The position numbers were made by a program, and so were the translations under genes. A DNA stretch of 59,542 nt, the filler included, from Bipalium vagum (taxonomy: Eukaryota): the NCBI GenBank assembly GCA_037834085.1. It is 3 parts of 3 records of this genome, joined end to end, with 100 filler letters (N's around TTAATTAATTAA, not from the genome) between each part and the next. Parts side by side here need not be neighbours in the genome. Positions count along the whole stretch, not along the records: positions 1 to 22,472 come from JBBMKC010219131.1; 2 more parts are not named here. The stretch is one strand, 5' to 3'. Under the pieces are notes generated by a model. That model searched no databases. It saw nothing but the letters and a program-made list of their open reading frames with translations, and was not told the origin of the DNA. Each line of letters starts with the position of its first letter. The first letter of the stretch is position 1. This document shows, one piece after another, positions 1 to 14,148 of the stretch.

Positions 1-69
<69 letters not shown>
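1..69 (+). repeat. (AAT)n microsatellite at window start
   Basis: 23 perfect units. Confidence 0.98.
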
Positions 70-353
70 TCAAAATACATGTATTGTGGATCTTAAAAAT
101 TATCGTAATAATGAATATTGATAAACAAAAGTTTTTCTATGAATGATCGAAAATTTTTAGAGATATTTCACTGATTTTAGAGTTATTTCTTAAAATTCTA
201 TTTATAGTTTATAATTTTTATGATGACAAATTTCAAGTCAAACTTATATGGAATTTTAAATATATGAGTTGAAAATAATAAGACCTTTTAAAAATGTTAT
301 AATTGAATTTTTTTAAAAAATGATGTAAAATTATTGATTCTAAAAAACACATT

Positions 354-757
354 TTGGTCAATAGAAATAAAGTAATATTTCAACAGGACAATGCAAGACC
401 ACACAAGTTTTTTCGAACTCTACAGAAACTGAATGACTTTGGATGGGATCTTCTTATGCACCCTCCATATTCTCCAGACATAGCATCTTCGGATTATTAT
501 CTGTTTCGATCGCTGCAGAACTCTCTTAATGGGAAGCGGTTTGATTCCTTTGAATGTTGCAAAACTGCAGTGTCTCAGTTCTTTGAATCAAAATCCAAAA
601 CGTTCTACCAGGATAGAATCATGAAACTGCCTCAGAGATGGCAAATGATTGTCGAGAACAATGGTGATTATATAACTGATAAATGTTTTATTAAAAAATA
701 AAATTTTCGATTTTAACTTGTTTCATTTTTTCGGCAAAACATTATGCTTCAACCTAA
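354..757 (+). mobile_element. mariner (DD34D) transposon 3' half with right TIR
   Basis: ORF has QQDNARPH...HPPYSPDIASSDYYLF (D34D spacing)...RWQMIVENNGDY. It ends in ...ATTATGCTTCAACCTAA followed by TA. Confidence 0.93.
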
Positions 758-2145
758 TACTAAAACACGCTATTGAAACATATGACCCGTATAACATTTT
801 TGGAAACAAACTAATTTTTTTGAGTATAAAATAAAGATTTGAAATATAGTTATTATTATTTGTATTATTCTATTTATCAATGTGTTTATATGTTAAATAT
901 AGAGTTCTTTTTAATTGAATAAGTCATTTTACAACTTTAAAAAAATTTACCTCTCAATAACTCCATAAAATCCTGGTCCCCTGACGGGTGACGTAATAAA
1001 GAGGTTTAACTGTATTTAATATTTTATCTGGTTTTAAATATTGATCCGTGTTTTCTTTTTATCAATAATTATTTAATCTAAAATAAAGTTGAATTTAATA
1101 ATTTATTAAAATCTTATTTTCTCATTCTCACTTTTATTAATACAAAAATTATAATAATTCATATGTAAGTAGCTCAATTTTTCGAAACAAACGAAATGTA
1201 ACTAATACATATATTATTATAAAATTTTATAATTAACATTGATAATTAATTATAATTATTTCACATTTCAACATAACTTTATTTTTCCTTACAAAAAGTG
1301 AAAAGACAATTATTGTTCAACTTAATCACAAAATTATCTGAATGAATGAACATTAAATTTTGCTAAGGAAAAGTAGCCTATTTAATTTAATATTATCTGT
1401 TAAAACAATAATTTCATTCATTTTATTTCATTTCACAATTTTTAAAATAGAAACTAAGGAATTTTTCAAATTTTATTATTAATAACGAAATAAAACTAAA
1501 TCCGTACCAAGTCTCCATTTTGAGTCAGTTTTCAACATAAATTAGAGTTTAACTAAAATTAGTCAAGGCAATCAAGAATGTAAAACTAAATATTGATTAT
1601 ATTTAACTGAGGGATGGTTGTTGAAATTAATGGAATCAAACGTAGAACAATAAATGGCAAAGGTTCATTTTTGATCAAAAAAGATTTTTATGATCCATAT
1701 TTTTTCATTGTTCACACTTAACTTACATTGAAATTTTAAAATAATAATACCAAAACCACCCAAAATATCTAATATTCAGAAGATAATATAATATTTTCTG
1801 ACTTTCATTTCTCTATTAAAGAGAATTAAAAAATGTATATTTTTCTGTCTCAAAAAAGCAAAATATTTTATTGAAATTATAAATGAGTGTAAATTTACAC
1901 TTTAATTATTTATCAAAATATAATCCACAAACTGGCGAATAGATTAACAGTACCGATATTCAAAAAATACAAAAATTAATATTAAAATAAGTATTATTTA
2001 TTATTAAGTAATTTAAATATCTAAAATAAAAAGATTTTTAAAAAGATTACTAAAAAGTTTTTTTTTGAAGGATAATCGATAATTTTTTCTGTTTTCCTAG
2101 CTTAAGCAATAATTCAAAATCGTTTTCAGTTTACTACATTAATTT

Positions 2146-3327
2146 TATGGGTCCAAATAAGTTCTAACCGATTTTATACAATTGAAATTTTATTATTTAT
2201 TCCTCAGAAAATCAATTTGTTTTATTAGATTTTTTAAAATTCATTATTTATTTAATTCAAATATTATTAATTCATTTTTAAAGGTTTTTAGTATTCAAAA
2301 TGGGGAACTGAAATTCAATCATTAGTTTCTGATCACTGTATGAATTTATACTTCAGAAATAAATCGAAAAATTTGTTCGACATTTGGAGAAGATACAGCA
2401 AAGGAAAGAAATATTTGTTTGTGGTTCGAGAATTTTCGTTCTGGAGATGAAAATCTGGAAGATTCACCGAGATTTGAAATACACGTTAGCATGAACAATT
2501 ATAATTTGAATCAGATTCAACTGAAACATGTAAAGAACTTGGTTTGATATTTAATGGCAACGAAGAAATAATAATATTACATTTGCATCAGATTGTAAAG
2601 AGATGAAAAATATAAGCAAAACGATTAACGTCAGAGAATAAATTCCTACGAATGACAATATGGTCTTCTCATCTTAGTCAGATAAAAGTAGAACTATTTT
2701 CCATAGATTACTGACATCCGATGAAAATTGAGTAATGCATTCCAAACCAAAGAGCAGAAGTTTATCTCCTACGGATCCAATACCACAAGCATTATTTTAT
2801 TACTTATTTCAGAAAAGAAAATTACTGTGTTTGGCGGACTTATGAAGAAATTATTCATCATGAGTTCCTAAAACCGAAAGAAAAAAACCTGCTGAAGTTT
2901 ATTGTGATCTGTTAGAAAAAGTTCATTAAAATTTTTAGAAAAACAGCTGGCGTTATTGAACAGAAATAATGTTCTACTTTTTCAAGACAATGCTGATCCG
3001 CATGATACAAAATAAACTAATTAAGCTAACGCAATTTGGGTGGGATATCACAAGTAACCATATTACCCTGATCTCTCGCTAACAGATTTTTCTTTATTTT
3101 TTAACCTTCATAATCATTTGAGAGGAAAGAAGTTCACAAAGGATATGAATCTAAGAATGAAAGTGTCCAATTATTCCCTCACAAAGGAAAAAGATTTTAA
3201 GGAAGTAGAATTACCAAGTTGCAAAACCATTGGGATAAAGTTTTACAATGAATGGATCATATTTTAATGAATAAATATCTCAATTTAAAAATGTTGACTT
3301 ACTTTTTTTCAAATATCGACAACTAAT
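2146..3327 (+). mobile_element. Highly degenerate mariner copy
   Basis: Broken frames with WFENFRSGDENLED, TSDEN, FQDNADPH and PYYPDLSLTDF. Boundaries are approximate. Confidence 0.8.
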
Positions 3328-3759
3328 ATTTTTGAGGTGATTTTTATGCAGTAGATTTGGATAGTAATGTAAAACATAAGAAGTTCATTATTTTATTGAC
3401 TACAGATTTTATTTATCCAACTTGTATACGAACAAAACTTATGCCAGATTTTAGAAAATTGTTAAATCACATTTTTTGAATATGTATCAAAAGTAGTGAA
3501 TTTCAAGAGTGATGATAAACGTTTGCCTATATAATCAATGATTATCAAATTCACACAAATCAATTTTATTGAAAAGAAGAACCAAGAGTTTAGTTTAGTA
3601 ATGGAAGTTTTTAGTTTTGAAATAATAATTAAAATGATTACAATATCACTTTTTAATAGCAATATTAAACTTACTATAAATAAAATGATAATTATAATAT
3701 CTATAAAAAAACGGAATTATTTTATATTTCGTTAAATTGTTATAATTTCAATATTTTAG

Positions 3760-6700
3760 CAAAATACCCCGAAGTCAAAAGTTTAATGGGTCACGATCCG
3801 AATCTTAAGTGGATCATGTTTCTCTTGGTCATTTTCCAACTAGCAACCAGTGCTTTATTCCAGAATTTTTCGTGGCCGATCCTTTTAATTCTTGCTTATT
3901 CTGTGGGTGGAGTGGTAAATCACATATTGACTCTAGGAATCCATGAAATATCTCACAATCTTGCTTTTGGTAATTCAAAACCTCTTACAAACCGGTTTTT
4001 GGGAATCCTGTCTAATGTACCTTTGGGTAAGAGATTTTTAATTTCTTATAATCGAAAATTGTTTGTTCAAGCTAAAATAATTTTATTATTTTATTCTGAA
4101 TTTCAATAATAACATAGTTTCATTCATATGCTAAATAATACTGAGAGGTTACTTAAATTATAGTTCAATATTAAATAATATGTAATATGATATCAAGATT
4201 ATGTCTTCCCCTCATCGTTGGACTTATAAATATTCTCAATGTATAATTAATATAGCACAGAGGTCATTGTTGAAATAATAAATTTGATAATAATATTTTG
4301 ACATGCCAGTTGTATTAAAACCGACAAAGTAAACGTTTCTATCAATTTTGTATGAAAATAATGTTTATTTTAAACTATAATAATAAGGATATTTATAATA
4401 ATAAATTTTAAAGATTAAATTCAATTTAAAATTAATGCATTGTTTAAATATTTTAAATTTTAAATTTAAAAAGTAAATGCTTAAAATATGTTAAAAGAAT
4501 TTTTAAAATTGTTTTCTTATTTACATGGTTTTTACTCTCATTTTGGAAATGTGTACCTTCATTTTTAATAGGAAAATCAATTTTGAATTTTAACCCACAT
4601 TTTGAAAAAAATTACAATACAAATTTTAGTCATAAAAGATTATAAAATTTTATTAGTCGATAATGGCTTTATTATTAATGCATCTTGGTACTTATCTTAT
4701 CAGGTTGAGTCGAAGTTATTCATTTTTTTAAGAAAATACTTTATTTACATTTTTTTTAACACAGATCACATTAATCTTATAAATATAGCCTTCGGTTTCT
4801 AAAACTCGAAGCTTCTTTCTGCCAATTGCTCAATTCCATGCCGATACCACTCAGATTATTTTGAGGCGAAGAATTCGGCTATTCCATTTTTATCTCTTCC
4901 TCTGAACGAAAGTGTCTCCCTCGTAACAAATGTGAGAGAGACCGAAAAATATGATAATCAGAAGGAGTGAGATCCTGGCTCTACGCTGGGTGAGGGATTA
5001 CTTCGATGCCTTGCAGTTACTGAATTTTCCGCTTCACTATTCGTGATGTATGGAACATTATCATTCTGTAGGAGTGCTCTACCGCGATTCAACAATGCTG
5101 GGTAACAAGTGCTCAAGGCATCATGAACTCGTTGTAGTTGTTCAGCATTTAGGTTACCATCGATAGCTCAACCATTCGGAACAAGTTCCCAGTGCACAGG
5201 TCCCTCGTAATTCCACCAAACTCACAACATCACTTTCTTTTTGAAGCGATCTTACTTCCTGAAGGCAGAATCCACAGCTTACCTTTACTAGAATCACAGA
5301 AGAAAACTCACTTTTCATCTCCTCTAATAATGCGCCTCCAAAAGCGGTTGTCTTTGAGATTCTGGAGTAATTCGCGGCAAAGATCAATTCGACGTTTGAC
5401 TTGATTATCTTTCAATTCGTGTGAAACTCAAAGTAGATTTTATTTACAAAACCAATGTTATGCAGATGACGAACGATTGTGCTTTGAGAATTCTTGAGCT
5501 CCTCTGACAGCCTTTGGGTGCTTGTACTGAGCTGCTGCTGTACTAGGGATTAAAACGTTCCTGATCTTCAAGACCGGTATCTCCTTAAAGCGACGAAACC
5601 ACCACTGAGCCGTATTTTCCTTGACCACATCCTTGCCATCCACGTCGCAAATCTCTGGAGCCTCAGCTGCAGATGATAGACCTTTTTTCCAATAATGCCG
5701 TAATAGGATCCGAATTACTGCTTTTTCTTCAATCATTCTAACTATAAAAATAAGTGAATGTTATTTTATAAATTTAATTTTTAAAATGTAATTACATTCT
5801 CCTTTTCATTGGCTTTTAAAAGATACCATAATTTTCATATAAATATTATTATTAAATGATATGGTAAAACAAGAACTTCAAACAACTAAAAACATGAATA
5901 ACTTTTAACTCAACCTGATATGACGATAATATGATGCACAATCACTTGGCGATATTAATGTACCAACATTATTTATAAGCTTAATTAAAGTTCTTCATCT
6001 GATGGACACGATTGTCTGACGCTATTTTTCGACTTTAGAAACATATTTTCGCTCGGGTTATAAAACGGTGAATATGGTAGAAGTAAGTCTAACAAATGAC
6101 ATCTAGTTACAATAATTTTTTTATTTGTTGCGTATTATGAAATGGAACATTATCCAAAATGATTAAATAAAATTTTCAAATATTTTTTTCGTTACTTTTT
6201 CAATTTTACATAAATTTGTAATTAAGTTATAATTTATTTTAAATCATGATTATATGTTCTTTAATAAACAATAAGAATTTCTTGCATTTTAGTACAAATA
6301 ATTCTCATAATTCTTATTTTTATCTTATAAGCCCTATTATGAAATAAATAAACTTAGAATTATTATTAGGTATACCATATTCAGTTTCCTTTAAAAAGTA
6401 TCATATGCTTCATCATCGCTATCAGGGAGATGAAGACAAGGATATGGATTTGCCAACTGCGTTAGAAGGAAAGCTTTTTGCGAATAAGTATACAAAGTTA
6501 TTGTGGCTTATTCTGCAGCCCTTCTTCTATGCTTTCAGACCCATAATTGTCAAACCAATGCCTTTGACACCTCTTGAGGTTATTTTTCATCAAGTCATTT
6601 AATTTTTTATATTAAAAATGACTTTCAAACATTGTTAATAACAAAATTTATAAATGACAATTAATTCTTTATAAAGACATTAATCGAAAATTTTTTTATT

Positions 6701-9700
6701 AAATTGTACTGGATATTTAAATTGAAGTAAAAATAAAATATCATTCTTATTACACTTTTTATAATATAGGTATTTTATTGAAAAACTAATTATTAAACTT
6801 GTATTAAGTAGTCATTTTAATTAAAAAAAAAAGGATTATTTTTTCATTCCATGTTAGAGAACAACATTATTAAAATATTAGGTCCGGAAATACTGACTAT
6901 CGTTTTCTCCCAGAAGTTTGAAATAAATAAATAATTTATTCAATAAAAAAAATTAAACAATCACCGAATGACTTCACAACTTTCCCTTACTTATCTAATA
7001 GCGAAGATTATGAAAAATGGCGTTTGTATACAAACTTGAAGCATAGGAAGGAGTAATTAGCTCTTACTTGCACAGCAAAGTTTAGTATTAAACAAGATAT
7101 TAGTTTGATGGAATTGGGCTGGTCTAGTATACTGGGAAATAGTCGATGGAAACTTTTACACTAATCAATTGTACTGAGTAAACGACATTATGACAGAGAA
7201 AAAACAGGATAAAGGACCCAAAGGTATTTTTATCAATTATTATTCGAAACCACACATAGTAAATAACCTACAAATCAATCACCAAGAGCTTGCTTCATAG
7301 GTTCTTCAACATACTCCATATTCCCCAGACTTTGTGCTAACAGAATTTTTCCACTTATTATCCAACCAAATAAAAGGCATTACTTTTGAGAAAAAAAGAA
7401 TTTTAAATATGATTGACTAAATTATTTTTGAGTAGATCCAACGATTTCTGTAATAAAGGTTTCGACAAACTGGTAAAATGATGATGTTAAGAAAACTACA
7501 TTATCAAGTGATTCTTAATTGATACTTACTTAATTTTCTTTAATATTAAGTATGAATTAAGAATCTATAATCAATAATTTTTTATATTAAAAGAAAGACA
7601 TTTATTTTCGAAAATTTCTTCTTGTGTTTCTTTGCATAGACATAATCTACCAAGACTAAACAAAACAGTTTTTTCATAAAATTAGATTCGTATATTGAAA
7701 TCTTGCAATAAAAGAAAAGGTTATGAATAAGCTAGTGTTTTCGGAAAGTCACTTCGCTTTTTTATACCTATCATTAAATCTTAATTTAAAGCACTTTTAA
7801 ATTGATTTCCAGTTTTCATATCCTTTGAATTTTTATGGGCGAGTAACATTTATATTTCAATTCAACGATTTTGACTTTCTCTCACAGCGATTAGTTGTCA
7901 GTGCCTGACAATCGATCCATAATCTCAAATAAAAATAATTATGTATTACTATTTTAAATATTACACTGCAAGATACACTCGGCAATAGTTCAGATAATAA
8001 AACTTAGTATTCAAAGATTTATTACACTTCAAACTTGTAAAGCTGCTTAATTGATACCCTGTTTAAGGGAAACAATGTTCAAAACTAATAATAAAAATTA
8101 ATTATTTTGAGATTCTTAATTGTTTTTCTACTCTAGGAGTTTTAATAAATATTTTTTAAAATTGTTGTTGCAAAAGAATATTGCAAAAAACAAATCTGTT
8201 TCAAATTCTGCAGGGATTGGATAATCAATCCTAATTAAGTCAACAAAAGATTTTAATCAGTGTTTGTATTGTTATTAACTATATCTATTATTAATGAAGC
8301 TTGATAATGTTTTGAATAGAGTAAAATTGTAGATTCTACAATTAAATTTAATCTTTTCCCCATGAGTATTGACAACAAAGTATATATTTAAGTCATTTTA
8401 CTTTAAGATAAGTAATTATTTCATAGTTACAGTTGGGTATCCTGAAAAGTTATTCATTCTAATATTGTACTATTATGTAACTCCGTTTTCCATTTATATA
8501 TTTATTTGATCATGAGTGTCATTCAATATGCACTGGTGGCCAAAAAAAGTAGTACACTTTTTCATGATTTTTTTTAAACTTTCAATTAATATATTTTCAA
8601 CCAATATTTACGAATTCAATTGAATAAATCAATGTTTGTGGCCCTAAAGAAGACCTTTTTGTCGTTCTCATGAATTAATTAGTATGATGTCTGACCACAT
8701 TCATTCACTAAGCCTTTTAGACATGCTTGAAATTTCTCGTTCTAGGTTTTATTTATTCAAAATCATAACTTGTACTTCCGATAAACATAGATCTTTTATA
8801 AAAATTGATTTTTTTTGGTTTTAGTGTTACTCATTTTTTCTGAGAACCTGAGACTTACAATAATATGTTTTTGCAAACAGATTTCTTCTATTATAATTTA
8901 CAATTTTAATCTGAAAACTTAAATATTTTGAGAAGTGATCAATGTTTTATTTGTAAGTAAAAACTGAGTTACATTTTTTAAAGTAAAGATGAATTCAACA
9001 AGTAATTCATTCATAGTGCTAGACACATAATAAAAACTGTACAACTATCCATTAATGTTTTAATCGTGTTTTTTAAGAGAATTAGGCGGTCAAATAAGAG
9101 AAATATACAAACAAGAACTATCAGGAAATCCTTAAAATTACATGATGATAGAATAGTTGATATACAAATCAAGGTTAATTATTTTTAAAACTTTTCTAAT
9201 TAAAAATTCACTTTGCTACATGTTGGGTACACTACAAAAGCCCACTAAATTATATCCCAATCATAAATATTTCTTTCCAACGGAAATGAGATTGACAAAA
9301 CACATAACTAACAAAAGTTCAATATTAAATACAAATATAAAGAGAACTAAGTGAACAGGAGATCAAAATCATCTCTTAAATTGTATTTGAATTAAAACAA
9401 TAACCTTTATCCATGATGATGTGATTGATGTGTCAAAATCCATATTTATGATGTTCACAAAACTTTATTAAAATAAAATTATTAAATATATCCGAATGGA
9501 TATAATGGGCTCTGTTAACATAGTAGAGAGTGTCCCAGTTGATAATTTAGGTCCAGAAACATTTTTTCAAAAACGGAAACAATGATGAATTTATGTTTAT
9601 TAGAAGAATCGAAGAAAATTGATTTTCTTTAACACGAAGTTCATGGTTAATGATATTTTCTCATGAATATTTCATTAATTTCCAGTGGACTTTTTGGATC

Positions 9701-12700
9701 TATTCGATAGAATTAAAAAACTTTGTTTTATTGATCCTTGCATCAGATTTTTCATTGTTGTGAAAGAAACAATGTATACTTTTTATGTAAACAGATGGTC
9801 ACTGATATAATAGCTAAATTTAAAACGAAACATGGTAATCATTTTTAACATATATTTTGTTTATTCTCGTTACAGTTATTTCTGTTACATGTTTATTAAG
9901 CAATTGAAGTTAATTCTCTATTTACTTCACGATTAATAATCTCTTTTAGAAATAAATAAGTTACGATGAGACATGTAAATAAATTAGTTTGAGAATTATA
10001 TTATTTGGTGACATACAAAGTTTCTTCCTTTGTTAAGTAAAAATAATCAACTTTTTTCAAATAGCCGTTAAACTTTATTGAATCAAATAAGTTACATTTT
10101 ATAGGAAAACCTTTCGCCAATTATCCGTTAAATTCATAATGCTATCAGTTATTAGAGAGCTACATAATGTACTTTTCAATCTGTTCTTGAAACCATTGAA
10201 ACTCCATTAGGAAAATTCTCTAGAAACAGAAACAAATATTAGTCCAATGGTGTTAGGTCTGGACTATACGCTAGATGAATCAAAACTTCTCAACGAAGCC
10301 ATTTAACTTTTGGTGAGTCATTAAAGACGCGTGGTCAGGTATTGTCGTGATAGACTACAACGACCTTTCTGTTGAGTAATTCAGGCCGGCTTTATTTCAA
10401 TTTTTATTTAATCTTTCCATTTGACGAAAATAGAGTATAGAATAAACTATTTGACCAGGTTCAAACAACTCATGATGCATGATTCCTTTTAACACTCAAA
10501 AAACAGACATCACCTTTCTTAAATACAATCTTGGCTTGCAATCGCTTGTAGAGTTTCATCTTTTTTGAAACATGACTTTTATCTCACATTATCATATGTG
10601 ATTCACTTTTCATCCCGGATGATCTGATTTTTAATAAATGGTTCAAGTTCACTTTGTTTCAACAAAGATTCCCAAATAGTAATTCTGCTGGTTTTATTCT
10701 TTTCAGTATAGTAAGAGATACCCTAATGTAAAGTTTTTTTCTGGAAATCAAACTTTTCCAGATGATTTAAAGCAGTTTTTGACAAATGTCAAGATCCTTA
10801 GGAATATCACAATTGTTTGTGTGACAGTCTTAGTTGATAAGTTTCTAAAAATATGTACATATATTTAGATAAAATATATTTTCATACAGAAACAAATTTA
10901 TTTTCTTGGTTTGATATAACATGTATATGGAGTGGCTACGAAACAGTTACATAGAAACTAAGCAGTGGTTTTTAAACTACTGTATGACGTTAAAAGAAAA
11001 AGACACGTAAGTTATTAATTAAAATGGATATCATGTACAAGATTTATACAAATGGCAGTCTTTTGCTCGAATAATTTTGTTCAGACGACTAATCACTGAG
11101 CCACAGCTGGCTCAGACAACATTCTTTGATATATACGATCAAGCAATTTGAATGTCTTTAAATAAGTCATTTTTATTGTGGATAGGGCAATCATTACTGT
11201 TTTCCTCAATTAATCTCCACATTGCGAAGTCCAGAAGATTGATATCTTGTGATGATGAAGGTCACATCCCTCTCTTACAGAAATGATCAAAATTTTCATT
11301 TCACACGTTTAGCTCAACGTGTGGATGCTCCTGAAGCATCCAATTTCCACTTTGGGAAACTGAGATTGGATTCAAGATAACATTTTTCCTTGGAATAAAT
11401 TAGATAAGTTATTTGATTGATTATAACCCCATTAAGAATACAACAATTGGATATTTTTTTTGATTTGATTCTTTGCTGCCGAAATCATGATTGGGGACAG
11501 TTTCTGTGTCCTATATAAAAATTTCATTGTTAGCTCGAACAGAAAAGGATGTTTGCTAAATATGCTGTAACTTTGAGACCTTTGTTTTTTCGATTGACAC
11601 CAAAAATTTTTTAATTTTGATACACAATCACAAGTTCATGATTTTCAGCGAGCCTGTGTTTCAACAATTTTGATCTTACAACTTTTTCTGTTGTTCGGCA
11701 TATTTAAAAATTGGACGTGGCTGACATGTTTAAGGTTTTCATCTAGATATTTTTTAACAATACATGGTTTTTCAAGACATATTGCACTTTTTGGTCATCT
11801 TATTTATTGATCAAACCGAATTTCGATATACCTTATTTTCGACAGCTATAATTGATGCTCATTTTCACAAGGTTCTTTTTTTCCAGATTCATAAAGTCTG
11901 TCTTGAAGCTCCTCTATTACCTATTCAATTCGTTTCAAACATTCTGTTAAGTTGTAGATCTTTTGTTGTATCAGCGACAGGATTTTGATTTTTCAAGAGC
12001 TATTACCGAACTTCTCTTTTCTTCAAATTTCATATTTTCTGTTTATCGTTGCTTAAGTAAATTTACAATATACACTTACATATTGATTTTTAAAATTTTT
12101 TAAAAAATTAAGTGTTTTGTAATAAGGTAACCTTATTCATAGCCACTCTGTATATTATGTTTGACATAATTCTTAACGTTTCGATACAATTATCTTTGAG
12201 CATCAAAATATGTGGAATACATTTGCTGAAAGGTTTTCTTTTAAGTTATTATTTAATAACAGTAATATTGTTTATTTAATATTATAAACACGTGTATAAT
12301 CCATCAATTTGCCGAAAATAAAAAAAAATAGAATAAAGGCAGCAGGAAAGATTTTACCGTTTTTTATTTTTTATAATAAAACTGAACATTATTTATGAGA
12401 ACATCTAAGACATCACCCGACTTAGTACCTTTCGATTTCAATTTTTATTAAGGTCTCCAAAAATCTTTTAATAGAAAAGATTTCAAAACTTGCAAAACCC
12501 ACGTGATTCAATTCAAACTCAGAAATCTGCTAAATTCTCGGAGGATGGCTAATGAAGCTTTCTCTGTTGATATTTAATTTATGGTGATTTTATAAGAGAA
12601 TATAAAGTGCAATTTTTCATGTTTTTATCTCATTTAAAAAAACTTAGACTTTCCTATTTTCAGCTTGTGAATATTATTATTCAACTGACTTTTGATATAA

Positions 12701-14148
12701 TAATTTGGAAATTTGTCGGCATCCGAGCTTTAATTTACATGACTGGAAGTACTTTTTTGTCCCTAGGCTTACATCCAATCGCTGGGCATTTTATTTCTGA
12801 GCATTATATGTTCAAGAAAGGCTATGAAACTTATTCCTATTATGGATGCTTGAATAAATTGACATTCAATGTTGGGTATCACAATGAACATCATGATTTT
12901 CCATCAATTCCGGGTTGCAAATTACCTTTAGTAAGTGATAAATTATTTTTTTCAAGACTAAGTAATGAATTAATGTTATTTTGTTTAAATTAGTCAATTA
13001 ATGTTTCTGTCAATACTTTTAATTGATTATAAAATTGTTACTATTATACCCTATCAAAGTAACTTTCGCTCGTCAATCACTAGCTTCTCACTAAACAATG
13101 TTGTACTCGCTTTATTATCATAGCTGCAAAAGTTAAACTCAATTTTAATCAAAATCCCACAATAATGCTCTATTCGCACCTTAATTGAATCAAAAACATT
13201 TACAATAAAACTTTATTGATACGCAAAACTGCACAGAAATCTCAATCACTCACAGAATCAGTATCAGTTTAATATCTAATAAGCACAACATTAAAATGTT
13301 CCACTGTTCGGAAAATATCTATGAATAGAAATAAAATATATAATCGAATAAATTTTTAAAATTATAATATTAATTATCACCAATCGAAATAATTACCCAA
13401 GACAATTTACAGTTAAATAAAAATATAATTATCAATGAATTATTGAAAAACAAAAACAAAAAAACAATAGATAAATAACCTCACTAGGAGCGACAAGGGA
13501 TCCCTGGGTCGTCCACTAGGCCCTTTTCAGGTCGCCAAGAATTCCCAAACTCGCTGGGTCTCCTTGATAAATCCTTTTGCATATCTTTCATAACTGGAAA
13601 AAAATTAAATTTACTGGAAAAAATACTCTTGAATATTATTGACTTTTCCGAACAAATAATACTTTTGAATACCTTTTGACTAAACTTTTCCAAAAGAATT
13701 ATATTTTGGCCTAACAAATAACATGAGTAAAATAGTAACTGATTTCAAACTTTTGTTTAAAATAAACAGATTTCAGCTGAAACCAATTTTTATTAATCGA
13801 AATACATCATTTAAAGAATTTTATGCTTCAAGAACTTCAAAATATATTTTTATTAAAATATTTTTCAACTCCATTAAAAGTTGTTTAATTTTATTTTGAT
13901 TGTAGCTAAAGAAGATGGCTCCAGAATTTTATGAAAATTTGCCTCATCATACTTCATGGATCCGTGTGTTATATGATTTTGTGATGGATCCCGATATTGG
14001 TCCATATGCCAGAATAAAGCGAAAACGAAAATTAAGCTTTCAGAATGATAATATTAATAATAATAATGATGATAATATTAATAATAAAAACAATAATAAT
14101 AATAATAATATCACAAACAATATAAATCACAATGACAAATTTGAATAA
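3760..14148 (+). CDS. DEGS1: Sphingolipid delta(4)-desaturase DES1-like (5' partial); exons 3760-4026, 6370-6578, 12664-12930, 13906-14148
   Basis: Four GT-AG-bounded exons splice in frame to (A)[13 protein letters not shown]...[11 protein letters not shown]...PLG|[17 protein letters not shown]...LE|LVNIIIQ...[16 protein letters not shown]...[19 protein letters not shown]|[18 protein letters not shown]... All three desaturase His boxes (HEISH, HMLHH, HNEHH) are present and the order is colinear with vertebrate DEGS1. The first exon (MG..DFEW..PH..RR..IL) was not found upstream. Candidate AATAAA at 14182. Confidence 0.95.
4700..5918 (-). mobile_element. Full-length non-functional mariner with both TIRs and TA target duplication (in a DEGS1 intron)
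   Basis: TA|TCAGGTTGAGTCGAAGTTATTCAT ... ATGAATAACTTTTAACTCAACCTGA|TA. The N-terminal HTH ([19 protein letters not shown]...[10 protein letters not shown]) starts at 5736 and frameshifted catalytic-domain remnants follow. Confidence 0.92.
6877..7500. mobile_element. Fragmented mariner remnants
   Basis: TIR-like TATTAGGTCCGGAAA at about 6877 and plus-strand [10 protein letters not shown] remnant near 7310. Confidence 0.6.
8531..8741 (-). mobile_element. Tc1-family terminal fragment (same family as 46762-47473)
   Basis: About 210 bp nearly identical to 46762 onward, starting with TIR CACTGGTGGCCAAAAAAAGTAGTACACTTTT. Confidence 0.85.
10013..10860 (-). mobile_element. Degenerate mariner
   Basis: Minus-strand remnants of [15 protein letters not shown] and W.KV motifs. 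Boundaries are approximate. Confidence 0.7.
10928..12150 (-). mobile_element. DD37D (maT-like) Tc1/mariner element with both TIRs
   Basis: TA|TGGAGTGGCTACGAA...GTTAC and GTAACCTTATTCATAGCCACTCTG|TA form the inverted ends. Decayed transposase with [15 protein letters not shown]. Confidence 0.8.
13036..13740 (-). mobile_element. Solo-LTR-like dispersed repeat, copy A (DEGS1 last intron)
   Basis: Ends TGTTACTATT...AATAGTAAC (short inverted termini). Shares a GC-rich core and terminal sequence with 17691-18250 and 53300-53961. No TSD seen. Confidence 0.6.

Noticed and set aside
1-69. Terminal (AAT)n arrays as telomeres of a mini-chromosome
   Set aside because: Both ends read AAT on the same strand rather than inverted, identical arrays occur internally, and genes are cut at the edge.
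8900-9850. Possible MULE transposase remnant (and possible LINE RT at about 29040-29510)
   Set aside because: Only faint motif echoes, too decayed to support a call.
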